From: Antechinus flavipes
Taxonomy: Eukaryota
Length of the DNA: 64,000 nt
Direction: 5' to 3'
NCBI RefSeq assembly: GCF_016432865.1
Contig: NC_067400.1
Span: 619,876,001 to 619,940,000 of the forward strand
Positions 36,174-48,451 of this stretch are shown here, one piece after another. A model generated the notes under the pieces. It was not told the origin of the DNA and ran no database searches. It saw nothing but the letters and a program-made list of their open reading frames with translations. Position 1 is the stretch's first letter. Each line of letters opens with the position of its first letter. Both the position numbers and the translations under genes were made by a program.

Positions 36174-39100
36174 CCTGTTCAGAGGACTTCTTAAAAAAAA
36201 AAACATTCTATGCATGCTTCTATTTATTAGCTCCTTCTCTGGAGTGAATAGCATCTTTTTTCATAGATCCTTTGTGGTTCATTTGAGTATTATAATATGC
36301 ACCATAGCTTAGTAATTCATAAACTTTTTTTGAACAATATTGCTGTTATTGTATACAATTTTCTCTTGGGTTCTGCTCATTTCACTCTTCATTATTTCAT
36401 GCAAATCTTTCCGTGTTTTTTTCTAAAATCAACTTACTCATTAGTTCTTACAGTACAGTAATACTCCATCATAATCACCTACACCACAACTTGGTTAGCC
36501 ATTGTCCAATTGATCAATGTCACCCCAATTTCCAGGTCTTTACTACCACAAAGAAAGCTACTATAAATATTTCAGAATATGTAAGTTCTTGCCCTTTTTC
36601 TCTAGTCACCTTGGGAAGCAGAGCTAAAATAGTATTGCTGGGTCAAAGGGTATACATGGCTTTATAATTCTTTGGAATTCAGATTCCTCTTCAAAATGGT
36701 TACATCACTTTACGGTTCCACCAACAGTGGATTAATGCCCTAATTTTTTCCCATCTCCCCAAAAATTTCTCATTTTCCCCTTCTAGCATTTTAGCCAAAC
36801 TGATAGGTTGTGAGATAATATCTTAAAGTTGTTTTATTTTGCATTTCTCTAATCAATCATTCAGAGCATTTAAAATTATTCTATATAATTTTGTTATTTT
36901 TATAAAGATAACACAAAGATTTATCACATTCTTTAAGCATTTATCAATTGGAGAACAACTTGCATTTGTATAAATTCGACAAAGTCCTTTATATATTTGA
37001 GTTGATTCTGCTCCCCATTGGCACATGGAGTGTGTGCACATTTATAGACAATACAAAATTCAGAAGACCCGAAAGAACAGCTCTTTGTTGTGAGAGGATT
37101 CAACAGGTATCGCTTCCAAATGGCAGGCTGGAGGAAAACCAAGCTGGCAAACGAAGACCAGTTTACTGAAGGAGGAGCTGGATATATGTTTTTCTGGAGT
37201 GGCCACAGCAAAAAGGAGCATGATTTTGCTTTTTAGAGTCATATTCAGCTCTATTCCAGTATTTCTTTTGGACTAACCAATTATTAATGACAATCTTAGA
37301 CATAGGGAATACATTTCCATGTATAAAATGGTTTGCCCTTATTGAGCCCCTTGAAATTAGTCTTTGATATTAGCTCTAATATATCAAATTTTCTACTGAG
37401 TTCAGGTTTGTTTGCAACAAAATCCTGAAAATCTGTTCCTTTTTTTCATTGAATATTATACTTAATTTTGCTGGACATAATTCAGCTGCAACTCTAGTTC
37501 TTTTGATTGTTGATATATAGTATTTCAGGACTTGAAGTCTTTTATTGTAGCCACTGGTAAGTCTTATAGGATTCTAATTATATGTCCAGTATATTTGAAT
37601 TTTTTATTGCTTGTAAAATCTTATCTTTGATCTGGAGGCTTTCTAAATTTAGCAATGATATTCTGTATGTTTTCCTTGTTTTCCTATCTTTGAGGTAACG
37701 ATTGTTTTTTTTTTCCTATTTCTACTTTCCCCTCTTGTTCTATCACTTCAAGATAATTCTCTTGAATTTTTTCTTGTATGATTGTTTCAAGATTCTTTTT
37801 TGTTTGGTCATAACTTGTAGGTGGTAGTCCAATTATTTTTTTCTCCTCTTGATAGCTTCTCTAGATGCGTTGTTTTTCTTATGAGATGCCCTACATTTCT
37901 ATTTTTTCATTATTTATATATATTTTTAATCATTTCCTGATCTGTCATAACTTCATAGTTTTCTCCTTGTCCAATTCAAATTTTTGAAGAATCATTTTCT
38001 TCTTAGAAATCATGGGTCTCCATTTCTAGTTGATTGACTTTTCATAATCTTCTTGGATTATTATAGTTTTTCCTTAATGTCTCTCATTTGATTTAAAAGT
38101 CTTTTTTGAATTCTTCTTTGGATAGATAACTATTTAATGTTACTCTTTGGGATTGGAGAGGCTTGTTTTTTACTTCTTTGTCCTCTTTTGAAGATGAATC
38201 CTTGTCTTCTTTACTCTCAGAATAACTTTCTGTAGTTGGGTTCTTTCTCCTTTGCCTGCTCATTTAAAAAAAAAAAAAGATAGCTTGTTAGTGTAATCAT
38301 TTCTAGTCCTGGGGTGAAGAGTGGGGATGGTGCTTCTGGCTTCAGGTGTTCCTTCAATTCAGCCCTTTGGCTTGGAATCCAAAACCAAGAACTCTACCCT
38401 CTTGTAAGTATCCCTGCCCCTACTATGACTCCATTCATCAGGCATGTGCTCAGCCCTTCTCACCCAGAGCCTATTCCTTATCAGCAGAGGTTCTTCAATC
38501 TTCCCAGACTCTGACCTGCAACTCCCCACATTGTCTGGGAGATGAAAGTTCCTGTGGTTTTGGCTGCTTCAGCCAAACTTGCTTGCTGTTTCAGCAGAAC
38601 TACATGGAGATATTTACTTGTTTGGTGAAGTTCACTTGTACATCCAAATGGTCCTGATGCTTCTTTTTTTCTTGGAAATTCATTTATGATCTATTCAATT
38701 TATTTTTCTAAAATAGGTTTGTTTGCATATTCTATTTTCTCTTGTGTTAATCTAAATGGTTTATCATTTTCATAAGTATTTTTTCATTTTACTTTAAATG
38801 TTTATAACTGGACAAAGCAACAATTGCTTTGATGTCACCTTTATTAGTGGTATAGTCCACCTTTTCATTCTTGATACTAGAGATTTGGTTTCTTTCTCTT
38901 TTTAAATCCTATTAACCAATGGTTTATTTTATAAAACTTATTTCTACTTTTATTTATTCAATGATTTTTATACTCATTTTTATTAATTTCACTTTTGATT
39001 TTTATGATTTGCAATTTGGTTTAGTTGGGGATTTTACTTTGTCCTTTTTTCTTAAAAAATTTTTTTTATATCTAATTTTTTTGAACTTTTTTAAAATGTT

Positions 39101-42100
39101 GCACATATAACTTGGTCTACTCTTTTTACATTTTATTGATGTAATCATTTAGAGATATGTTTTCCTCTGATTAGTGCTTTTGTTGCATTCCATTGGTTTT
39201 GCTATTTTGTCTCATTTTCCTTATTGTTTCTATGACTTGTTCATTTTTTTAATTGAAGCTTTCTCTTTTCAAAACAGATGCAAGGATAATTTTTAATCAT
39301 CAACCCTTTCAAAACCTTGTGTTCTAATTCCCCCTCCCCTTCCACCCTCTCCTCTAGATGGCAAATAACCCAATATATGTTAAACATGGTAAAACTATAT
39401 GTAAATTAGGGCACCTAGATAGTGAAGTAGATAGAGGACCAGCCTTGAAATCTCCTAACTTGAGTTCAAGTCTGCCTTGACTTGAACTTGACCTTGAAGT
39501 TAAGTGTCGCTTAACACTTCCTAGCTATGTGACTCTGGTAAGTAACTTAACCCCAATTGCCTCAGGGGAGAAAAAAAAATATATATGTAAATCTAATATA
39601 GGCAAATATTTATACAATTATCTTCCTGCACAAGAAAAATCAGATTAAAAAAATGAGAAAAAAATTCACCAACCCTTTATCCAGTTGATAAATGGTCAAA
39701 GGATATGAATTTTGAGATGAAGAAATTAAAAATATTTCTAATCATATGAGAAGGTGTTCCAAATCACTATTGATCAGAGAAATGCAAATTAAGACAACTC
39801 TGAGATACCACTACACACCTCTCAGATTGGCTAAGATGATGAATGTTGGAGGGGATGCGGGAAAACGGGGACACTGATGCATTGTTGGTGGAGTTGTGAA
39901 GTGATCCAACCATTGTGGAGAGCGATTTAGAATTATGCCCAAAAAGTTATCAAACTTTGATCCAGCAGTGTTAATACTGGGCTTATACCCCAAAGAGATA
40001 CTAAAGAAGGGAAAGGGACCTGTATGTGCCAAAATGTTTGTGGTGGCCCTGTTTGTAGTGGCTAGAAACTGAAAACTGAGTGGATGCTCATTCAGGTAGA
40101 GAATGGCTGGATAAATTGTGGTATATGAATATTATGGAATTTTATTGTTCTGTAAGAAATGACCAGCAGGATGATTTCAGAGAGGTCTGGAGAGACTTAC
40201 ATGAACTGATGCTGAGGGAAATGAGCAGAACCAGGAGATCATTGTACATGGCAACAGTTAAGATTACATGATGATCAATTCTAATGAATGTGGCTCTTTC
40301 CAACAATGAGATGATTGATGCCAGTTCCAATGGTCTTTGTGATGGAGAGAGCCATGTGTGCCCAGAGAGAGGACTTTGGGAACTGAATGTGGATCCCAAC
40401 ATAGCATTCACACTCTTTTTGTTGTTCACGTGCATTTTGTTTTCTTACTCATTGACTTTGTATGACCTGATTTCTCTTGTGCAGCAAGAGAATTGTATAA
40501 ATATGCTTATTATATTGCATTTAACGTATATTTCAACATGTTTAATATATATTAAATTACTTGCCATCTAAGGAAGGGGGGGGGAGGAGGAGGAAATGTG
40601 AAACACAAGGCTATGCAAGGGTCAATGTTGTCAAATTATCCATGCATATATTTTGAAAATAAAAAAAGCTTTATATATAAAACAAAAAGACTCAAGCAAA
40701 CAACAACAAAAGAAGTGCAAATGCCAGTTGAGCCATACTCGGTCCTCACAGTCCTCTCTCTGGGTGTAGATCACAAAGTCTTTGGAACTGGCCTGAATAA
40801 TCTCATTGTTGAGAAGGGCCAGGTATGATTTCTTCTTTAATCCACTCATTCTTTCAGATTAGTTCAGTCCCCCATTAATTTCAATGTATTTTCACGATTT
40901 CTTATTTTATTGCATCATCTGGAACGGACGCATTTACTATTTGATTAACATTTTATTGATGTAAGGATTTAGAGATATACGTTTTCCTGTGATTACTGCT
41001 TTTGTTACATTCCAGGTTTTGTCTGATTCTTTTTTTTTTTTTTTTAAATCATTTTAATGATTGTTTTTACAAGTTGTTCTTTAGCCCCTTCATTCTTTCA
41101 GATGAGCTAAGTTAGTCCCCATTCACTTTCCGATTAGTTTAGTCCCCAATTAATTTGAATGTTTCCATGGTTTCTTCTTATTTTATTGCATTATGATCCG
41201 GAAAGGCTGCGGGGAATATTTCTGCTTTTCTGCACTTAATGATAAGGTTTTGAACGTCCTAATAGACGGCCAATTTTTGTAAAGCTCCCATACGTGTTCC
41301 TTGCTCCATTCAGTTTTCTCCAGAGATCTAGCATTCTAACTTTTCCACAATTCTCTTCACCTCCTTATTTTGTTGAAGGCTGTCTGGCTCTGAGAGGAGA
41401 AAGTTGAGGTCTCTCACTAGCAGAGTTTTACTTTTCCCCCCGGGGAACTCATTTTACTTTTAAAACAGCAATTCTTCTTTCTGGACTCTCTCCTCCTGCC
41501 TCCGAACTTTCCCCTCCTTTTCATGCCGTTTTCACCTCCAAAAGCGCAGCCTCCAATGCGGCCCCTGGCCCACCCCTGCTCCCTTTCGTCTCGGGTCCCC
41601 CCCCTTCTCCCTCCTCCCGGGCCCCGGCCCCCCCTCCTGAGGCTCTCTCCGCCTGCCGCCTTCCCCTCCCGTCCAGGACAAGCCGAAGCCTGTCGCGTGT
41701 GTCTGGTGGTATCCCTGGTCCTGTCTATGCCTCTGGGCATAAGCGTGCTGGCCCACATCTTGGGACTGCTGTCCAGCTCGCTGCCAGAGACCATGCCCTT
41801 CTTCACGAGCATCCTTTGTCTGGCAAACGGTGCGTCCCGGGCCCGGGGAGACGGGCTCCGGGAGTCCTGGGGGATGTGGGCGGAGCCGCGGCCCCCTCCC
41901 TTTCCTCGCCCCCCTTCTCTGCCAGGTTGCTTGCAGCCCGGCACCTCCACACCCAAGCCCCTCCCGAGCCCGTGTCACCCACCCCGCTACCCCTCCCGAG
42001 CCCGTGCCACCCACCCCGCTGCCCCTCCCGAGCCCGTGCCACCCACCCCGCTGCCCCCCCCCGAGCCCGTGTCACCCACCGCGTTGCCCCCCCCAGCCCG

Positions 42101-44070
42101 TGCCACCCACCGCGCTGCCCCCCCCCGAGCCCGTGTCACCCACCCCGCTGCCCCCCCCGTCCTGACTTCCCACCCCGCTGCCCCTCCCGAGCCCGTGTCA
42201 CCCACCCCGCTGCCCCCCCAGCCTGTGCCACCCACCCCGCTGCCCCTCCCGAGCCCGTGTCACCCACCCCGCTGCCCCCCCAGCCCGTGCCACCCACCCC
42301 GCTGCCCCCCCCCGAGCCCGTGCCACCCACCCCGCTGCCCCTCCCGAGCCCCTACCACCCACCCCGCTGCCCCTCCCGAGCCCCTACCACCCACCCCGCT
42401 GCCCCCCCGGTCCTGACTTCCCACCCCGCCGCTCCGCAGGTTTGGTCAAGTTTCTCGCCTTCATATTCTTCCACCTCCTGTTGACTCAGCTCAAGTTCCT
42501 CCTTCGGCTGTTCGATATGTGGCTCAGCTGGCCCTCCTACTTGCTCCTGACGTCCTCGGTGATCTACATCGTGGTCGGTGCGGCCGGGGAGCGAGCGCCG
42601 GAGCCGGGGAAGAAGGGGAGGGACGCGGATGGGTCAGGAGAAGAGGGGAAGGGGAATGGAGGAGGAGAAGCGGCCGAGGGAGGAGGAAAAAGGGAAGGCG
42701 AGCTTGTTGAGGCAGAGAAAAGGAAGATTTCCAATGGCAGGAGACCCCTGTGGAGGAGGGGACCACGGAGAAAAGGGGAGGCTGGCAAAGGGAGTGGAGA
42801 AGGTAAAGGGGATGAATGAGGAGGAATGAAAGGGAAGGCCATGAAGTGGGAGAAGCTGTAGAAAGATGGAAGAATGAGAGGTGTGAAGCCTTTGACTCAG
42901 GCTGCTGTTGGGAGGTAGGGAAGACTACCTACATGGGATATAAAGGGAGAAAGGAGGCAGCTGGGGGGCCCAGTGGATAGAGCACCTGCCCTGAAATCAG
43001 GAGGATCTGAGTTCAAATCGGGCCTCAGACACTGAACTCTTCCTAGCTGGGTGACCCTGGACAAGTCACTTAACCCCAACTGCCTCAGCAAATAAATAAA
43101 GGGAGGGAGGAGGGAGCTGTCAGAGAAAGAATAAGCAGGAGGAAGTAGCGAAGGAGGGTAGAAGGGATAGTGTAAACCATGCAGAGGCAGCTAAGGGGCA
43201 ACTGAAGTGAAAGGGTCCTGAGTTCAGATTTCACCCATCACTTTTAAACAGGTTGGGGAAGCCATTCAACTTGTTTCCTTGTCTGTAAAATGGGGATAAC
43301 AGCACTCCCTCCCAGCGTTCTGAGGATCAAATAAGATATTTGTAAACTGCTTTACAAACCTTTTAGTACTATGTAAATGCCATTATATAGGGCAGAAGGC
43401 AGCAAAAAAAAAAAAAAAAAAGGGGGGGGGACAGCGTATTGAGGCAACGGTTTTGAGAGTATAGACTGGGGTGGAAGAAGCAGGCAGGTAATATTGGTGG
43501 AGAGGAAGAGAGATGGACAGGGAATATAATGACCACAATGAATGCAAGTAGATCTTGGGGTGGAGCACCGAGGCCAGGGCAAGAAAATAAAGGAAACGAG
43601 TTGCCTTCTTCTCCTGGGGAGTACAACTGGGACCTCTCTTTTCCCTAGGGTCCATCATCTTCCATTATCACCTTCATCTCCTCACTTCCCAGAAAAAGCC
43701 TTTAGAGAAGCTGGTGATTTCCGAAAACACAATCGTCACGAAGAGTTTGAAAAATTTCTTAGCCTCCAGAATGACTGAAAAATCTGTCGGCACAAAGACC
43801 AAAACCACCCTCACCAGAGGTCTTGATGTCTTCTTGCACCCAAAGTTCAAAAGAACTCGACCTTCAAGTCTCAGGAAGTCCCACTTCTTTAAAAGAGTTT
43901 CTATTGCCAAGCTGTCTAACAGATCCTGGAGCTCTGAGCAGCCTTGGGTCTCCCAAAACCTTAAAACCTCTTCATATCCCATGGGCTTTAAGGTTCAGCC
44001 AATCATTATGAATCCCCTTCCCTCTGTGATTTCCGATGTTCCAAGTACTTCAAGTCACACAAAACTCTAA
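31238..44070 (+). CDS. Unnamed PMP22/EMP/claudin-family tetraspan gene A, 304 aa (306 from ATG 31232); exons 31238-31439, 41677-41829, 42440-42577, 43649-44070
   Basis: All three introns are GT-AG phase 1 and the frame is open throughout (915 nt). There are four hydrophobic segments, an ECL1 W...NPWxxCxxxxC motif, WLSWPSY before TM4, and a long basic tail. Candidate ATTAAA at 44392-44397. Joining exon 1 to exon 2 across 10.2 kb is inference. Confidence 0.8.
33000..38200 (-). mobile_element. Mosaic of LINE-1 fragments (mostly minus strand; a plus-strand piece at ~33480-33830) in gene A intron 1
   Basis: ORF 35753..35998 reads [20 protein letters not shown]...[12 protein letters not shown], matching L1 ORF2. 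Other T-rich antisense L1 segments are present. Confidence 0.75.
36120..36168. repeat. (TG)n microsatellite
   Basis: Directly visible. Confidence 0.95.
39408..39565 (+). mobile_element. WSINE1-like SINE
   Basis: gggcacctagatagtgaagtagatagagga...gagttcaa...gtgactctggtaagtaacttaaccccaattgcctc. Confidence 0.75.
39660..40690 (+). mobile_element. LINE-1 3' portion (ORF2 C-terminus, 3' UTR, A-tail)
   Basis: [19 protein letters not shown]...[16 protein letters not shown] and [20 protein letters not shown]; terminal aaataaaaaaagc. Confidence 0.9.
41955..42430. repeat. CpG-rich ~32-bp minisatellite (ccgagcccgtgtcacccaccccgctgcccctc) filling most of gene A intron 2
   Basis: Directly visible tandem copies. 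It explains the Pro-rich ORFs at 41523-42484. Confidence 0.95.
42953..43090 (+). mobile_element. WSINE1-like SINE
   Basis: ggcagctgggggcccagtggatagagcacctgccctgaaatcaggagg...gagttcaaatc...accccaactgcctc. Confidence 0.85.
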
Positions 44071-45096
44071 AGTCTTGCTCCCAAGAGCTCAGACACTTCT
44101 CCTCGTTGCTCTCTCCCCACGGTCACAATTCTCCTCCTGGAGGAGTCCTCCGCGGATCCTGATGCTGCTGGAGGTGTCTAACCTTTGTCCTTTCCCTCAT
44201 AACTCCCCTCTCAAGCTCGAGCCAAGATTTGCCCTCTGTGAGATCCATCTCTGGCCCTGTTGAGGACCTGGTGTAGACAGGAGCCTGGATATGTATGGAC
44301 TGTGGGGAAGCCAGATGGAGCAGAAAATGAAGATGTGTGAAGACAGAAGGATAAAAAAGAGATGAATGTCTATTTCCTACATTGTGTTGTCATTAAAGAA
44401 AGCCTGAGACTTCCTCCCGAACCAGTGTTCCACCATCTCCGTTATGTTTCCTGACTCCATCTCTAACTCCGCTCCCCACCTGTATCCCTCCTCCATCACA
44501 TCCCTATCTTTAAGCCCAGTCCCAGTTTGATCATTAACTCCAACCTGATGTCCACCCCCACTCTCTCCTCTAACCCATATTCTTATCTTTCCCCTCATGT
44601 CTAACTCCCATTCCACTATCCTCCCCAAGCCATAGCCAACTCACCACACCCCCAAATTCATGCCTATTTCCTACTGTTAGCTCCATTTCTAACTCCGAGC
44701 CCCACATAACCCCCCATCCTCTGCGGTACACTGGGGTGGGGGTGGTGATGTCAGCCTTGGGTATCTTGGAAGGTTCTGTGACAGTTGAGGCCCTGGAGGG
44801 AGTGGGGAAGGTCAGAAAAGCCTGGAAGGGGGAGCACAACTGTTGTACCTGAGGAGAAATCTGAGGGGACAAGGAGGGACCTGAAGGGATAAGAAGAGAT
44901 CAAGACTTGGGAAGGAGCTAAAGAGATGGGAGATAACTATGGCAGAAATAAAAGAAACTGAAGACAAATATTAGGGCCTGGATAAAGAGAGGAAGCAAAA
45001 CCGGATAAGGGCAGACCGATGGATAGTCCGGGCTCCCGGTCCTGGGCTGGGTTTTGCCTGCCTTGTACCCAGGAGCCTCTCAGCCTTTAGTGGAAA

Positions 45097-46372
45097 ATGA
45101 AGAAAAAGGGTTCATTAAACCAAAAAGACGAATTGGTGCCCTTCAAAATGGCCCTGAACATCCTTTGCCTTATACTTCTCCTCCTCACCGTGTTCTTGCC
45201 CTACTGGCTGAAGATACAAAAGTCTCAACAAGAGTGTATCCACGTGGGCATATGGAAATCCTGTGGGAATCACATATGTGAGAACCTTGTGAAGTCAGGT
45301 ACATGGGGACAGGGAGAAGAATGGAGGGCAGGAAGTGGGGATGAGGATTTCGAAGGAGGTAGGGAAGAGGGATGGGGTCAAGAATAAAGAGAGAATAAAG
45401 ATGGGGCTGAAGGTTGGACCAAGATGGAGGGTAGAGACTGAAGGTGGAGATGGGAATAAAGACAGAGAAGGGGAGTCAAAAGGACCCTTGGGCTTACAGG
45501 ATGTGTGTTCCGTTAGTCTGAGAAAGTTTCTTTCTGTGGGTGAGCAAATAGACACAGGAAGCTGATTGTGGGGACTTAAGGGGTGTGTGTGTGTGAATGT
45601 GAGTGTCTAAGAGTGTGTGTGTGTGTGCAAGAGTGTGTGTGAGCGTGTGAGTGTATGGCCATTGCCATCACTCCCTCTCTCCAGTCTTAATTAAGGCAGT
45701 TCAAGTGCTGATGGGCTCAGCCATTGTAACTGGCATCTTGGCTCTTGTGAACATTTTCCTGCTGCTGATCAATGTAGTGAATGATAGGACCTCCTTCTTC
45801 CTTTCCTCTGCCCTGTGCAGCTTTGTCACTGGTAAGATTCGGGGCCTCAGGGTCTTGGTCACGAGGTGCTGGGAGGCCGATCGCGTGCTGGTTCTGGGGC
45901 GGTGACCGCATCCGATTCTCCCCGCAGCCTTACTGGGCCTTTTTGGTCAAAGCATCTTCATGGTGACCACCAGCACTTCAGCGTTGGGACGCGTTGATTT
46001 CCTTTATTTTGACTGGGCCTTCTACCTAGGCTGGGGCACTTACATCCTCTACCTCCTGAATGGTGAGCCGGTGATAGGGGCTGAAAAGGGCTGGGGACGA
46101 GGAACGGGATTGGGAAGGAAGCGGAGGATGGGAGTGGGCAGAAGATGGAGAGAGGATTGGAAAGGGCCACAAGGGTGAGTTTGGAGACGGGTGTGGGAAT
46201 GGGGCTGGGCTGGGCGTGGAGGGGGTCTGGAGATGGGGATGAGAATGGAAACTTAGAGGCCTTCTTTCTCAAAGGGTCCCTGATACTGGTGAGGAAGCAC
46301 TCCACCAGGGTGAAGCCAGCAAAGCAATCTAGAGTCATGTCGATACAAGAGTGCAAGTCGGTGGCCGTGTGA
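45097..46372 (+). CDS. Unnamed PMP22/EMP/claudin-family tetraspan gene B, 193 aa; exons 45097-45298, 45685-45831, 45928-46062, 46275-46372
   Basis: All introns are GT-AG phase 1 with a clean 582-nt ORF. The claudin-like ECL1 reads W...GIWKSCGNHIC, and FDWAFYLGW precedes TM4. AATAAA at 46671-46676. Confidence 0.9.
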
Positions 46373-46413
46373 AGACAGCCCAGCTCCCTTGTCCTGGGAT
46401 GGACCTCCTGCAG

Positions 46414-46414
<1 letters not shown>

Positions 46415-46467
<53 letters not shown>
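46415..46467. repeat. (TG)n microsatellite in gene B 3' UTR
   Basis: Directly visible between the stop (46372) and AATAAA (46671). Confidence 0.95.
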
Positions 46468-46470
<3 letters not shown>

Positions 46471-47565
46471 GCCTCTGGGGCTCTTGAGTTTGTCTCCATT
46501 CTAACAATATTTTGCCTCCAGGACCCCTTCTTCCTCATTGCCATTCTTCCCAAGAACCCGCTGGCCTGTTTCTGTGCATGGTGGGAAGGGAAGAAGGAAA
46601 AGAAGTGGCCTGAAACAGTCTCCAAGCCCCACTGGGGATCTGGTTTTCCAGCTAAGAAATCATTTATATAAATAAAACCAGTGAATAGCCATGTCCACGG
46701 ACAGTCTAACCAGTTGTGTCTTTGGGAAACAAAATGAACCTTTCATGGTTATCCTGGATGTTTCAGCTCAGGTCAGGTCCCAAAGCTTCCCAATCCCCTT
46801 GGGGTCAAGGTGTCTATCCCACAATGCCTTTGGCCCCCAGATCCTAGCCCCCCATTGTCGTGGGCTTCTCTGTGCCAAACCCTTTTGGGGACCCCAAGTG
46901 TCTGCCTCCAACCTCCCTTCACTTAAGGGACCTCGGCATCTAGTCAGCCCATCCCCTCCCCAGGACAGAAAGGAAAGGGGTCCGTGAGTCAGTTCTGCCG
47001 AGCCTCTGCTGTTACCAGCCACATCCCCTCCTACCCACATCCTGGCCAAAAGGCCATTGTTTGAAAGCTGCTCGTGCTTCCTTCGGGGAGCCTCCTTGCC
47101 TTTCAGGGAACAGGAGGGAGAGGCCTCTCCCCTCAACTCCTGACCTTCAGTACCTGGAGGGATGGGCCATACCTACCTGCCTTTTGCCTCACCCCGCCCC
47201 CACCAGCCCCAGACAGAGTGAAGTTTGGGGGAAGGAGCATAAAGATGATCTGAGTCATCAATCTGGTGTGAAAGCCCCCACCGCTTCCCCTTCCGGGGCC
47301 CAGGCTTGGATCCCCCAACCTCCTGCTGGCTTGGCCAGGTCTCAGTCCCCTCCTCGCCTCCTGAAACCCAAGCATTTGGTCTCCGATCCTCCGACTTCTC
47401 GGGTCCCAGCTCCCGGCCCCCCGACCTCCCAGGAATTCGGGCCGTCATCCCAAATCTTTATTGTCCGAAGTCCCTTTTCTTCTCTGACTTTGGCTGCCTG
47501 AGGCCCCGGGCCCCTGCCCCCTTGTGAGAATAAGGCGCCTCCGGTTCCTGAGGACCAGGTGAAGG

Positions 47566-48451
47566 ATGCGGCTCTGCGGGGTGCTCGCCCTGCTCTCCGG
47601 GAGTCTTGCTCTGGCCCTGCTGCTGGTCGCCCTGAGCACTGATAACTGGATCGCTTCCGTAGGCCGTAATCACCAGGCTCACTCCGGCCTGTGGCATCCC
47701 GACGGGGAGTCTGTGAAAGGTAAGAGGGGCGGCAGCCTCTGGGCCTTGGGCCTGGCTGCCTGGGAACACGGGCTGAGATGCTCCAACCCCCGTTGCAGAT
47801 TTCATCCTGGCCACCAGAGTCTTCACTATCCTGGCTGCACTGGGGGGTCTGCTGTCCATCTGCTGTCTGATCCTCCTCCTCACTCCATCCCTCTGCAACC
47901 CCAGCTTCAGCCACCTGGCCTCTCTGATTTTTTGCATCACAGCCTTTGCTGCAGGTGAGGTGGCAGGGGGGGGGAGAGGGAGAAGAGGGGGAGGGGAGAA
48001 CTGGCAGGTTGGGATGGGAGGAAAGGGCCTCACAGCTCCCATCCACAGTCCTCTGCAGCACAGTGGGAATGGCGATTTACACTGGAGAGCGATGTAAAGA
48101 GTCGGGTTATTCCCAGATTCAGACGACCTTTGCCTGGTCCTTCTACATGGGATGGATTTCTGTCGTCTTCTTCCTTTTCACTGGTGAGTGGGAGACGTGA
48201 GATATGGGGAATGGGTGGAGGACCGGAGGCCTCCCATCCCAGGAAGAGGGGGAGACTGGGCAGAGCGGCCTCTGAAGGGAAGCCTCGGATCGGGAGGATG
48301 GGGGAAGGGTGCACGAGGCGGCATGGGGGGGCCGCTGGGGAGATCGGCATGGGGAACTTCCTCTGAAACCCGCCTCTCTGCCACAACAGGGGTCCTGAGC
48401 CTTGTGGTGCACTGGAGTGCTCCCCGGCCCAACTACGAGATAACTGCTTGA
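47566..48451 (+). CDS. NKG7: Natural killer cell granule protein 7, 168 aa; exons 47566-47719, 47799-47954, 48049-48183, 48390-48451
   Basis: MRLCGVLALLSGSL...ALSTDNW...AHSGLW, QIQTTFAWSFYMGW and PRPNYE match human NKG7. Introns are phase 1 GT-AG. AATAAA at 48474-48479. Confidence 0.95.

Noticed and set aside
41523-42484. 261-297-aa Pro/Cys-rich ORFs
   Set aside because: They read through the intron 2 minisatellite. Only 41677-41829 and 42440-42577 behave as exons.
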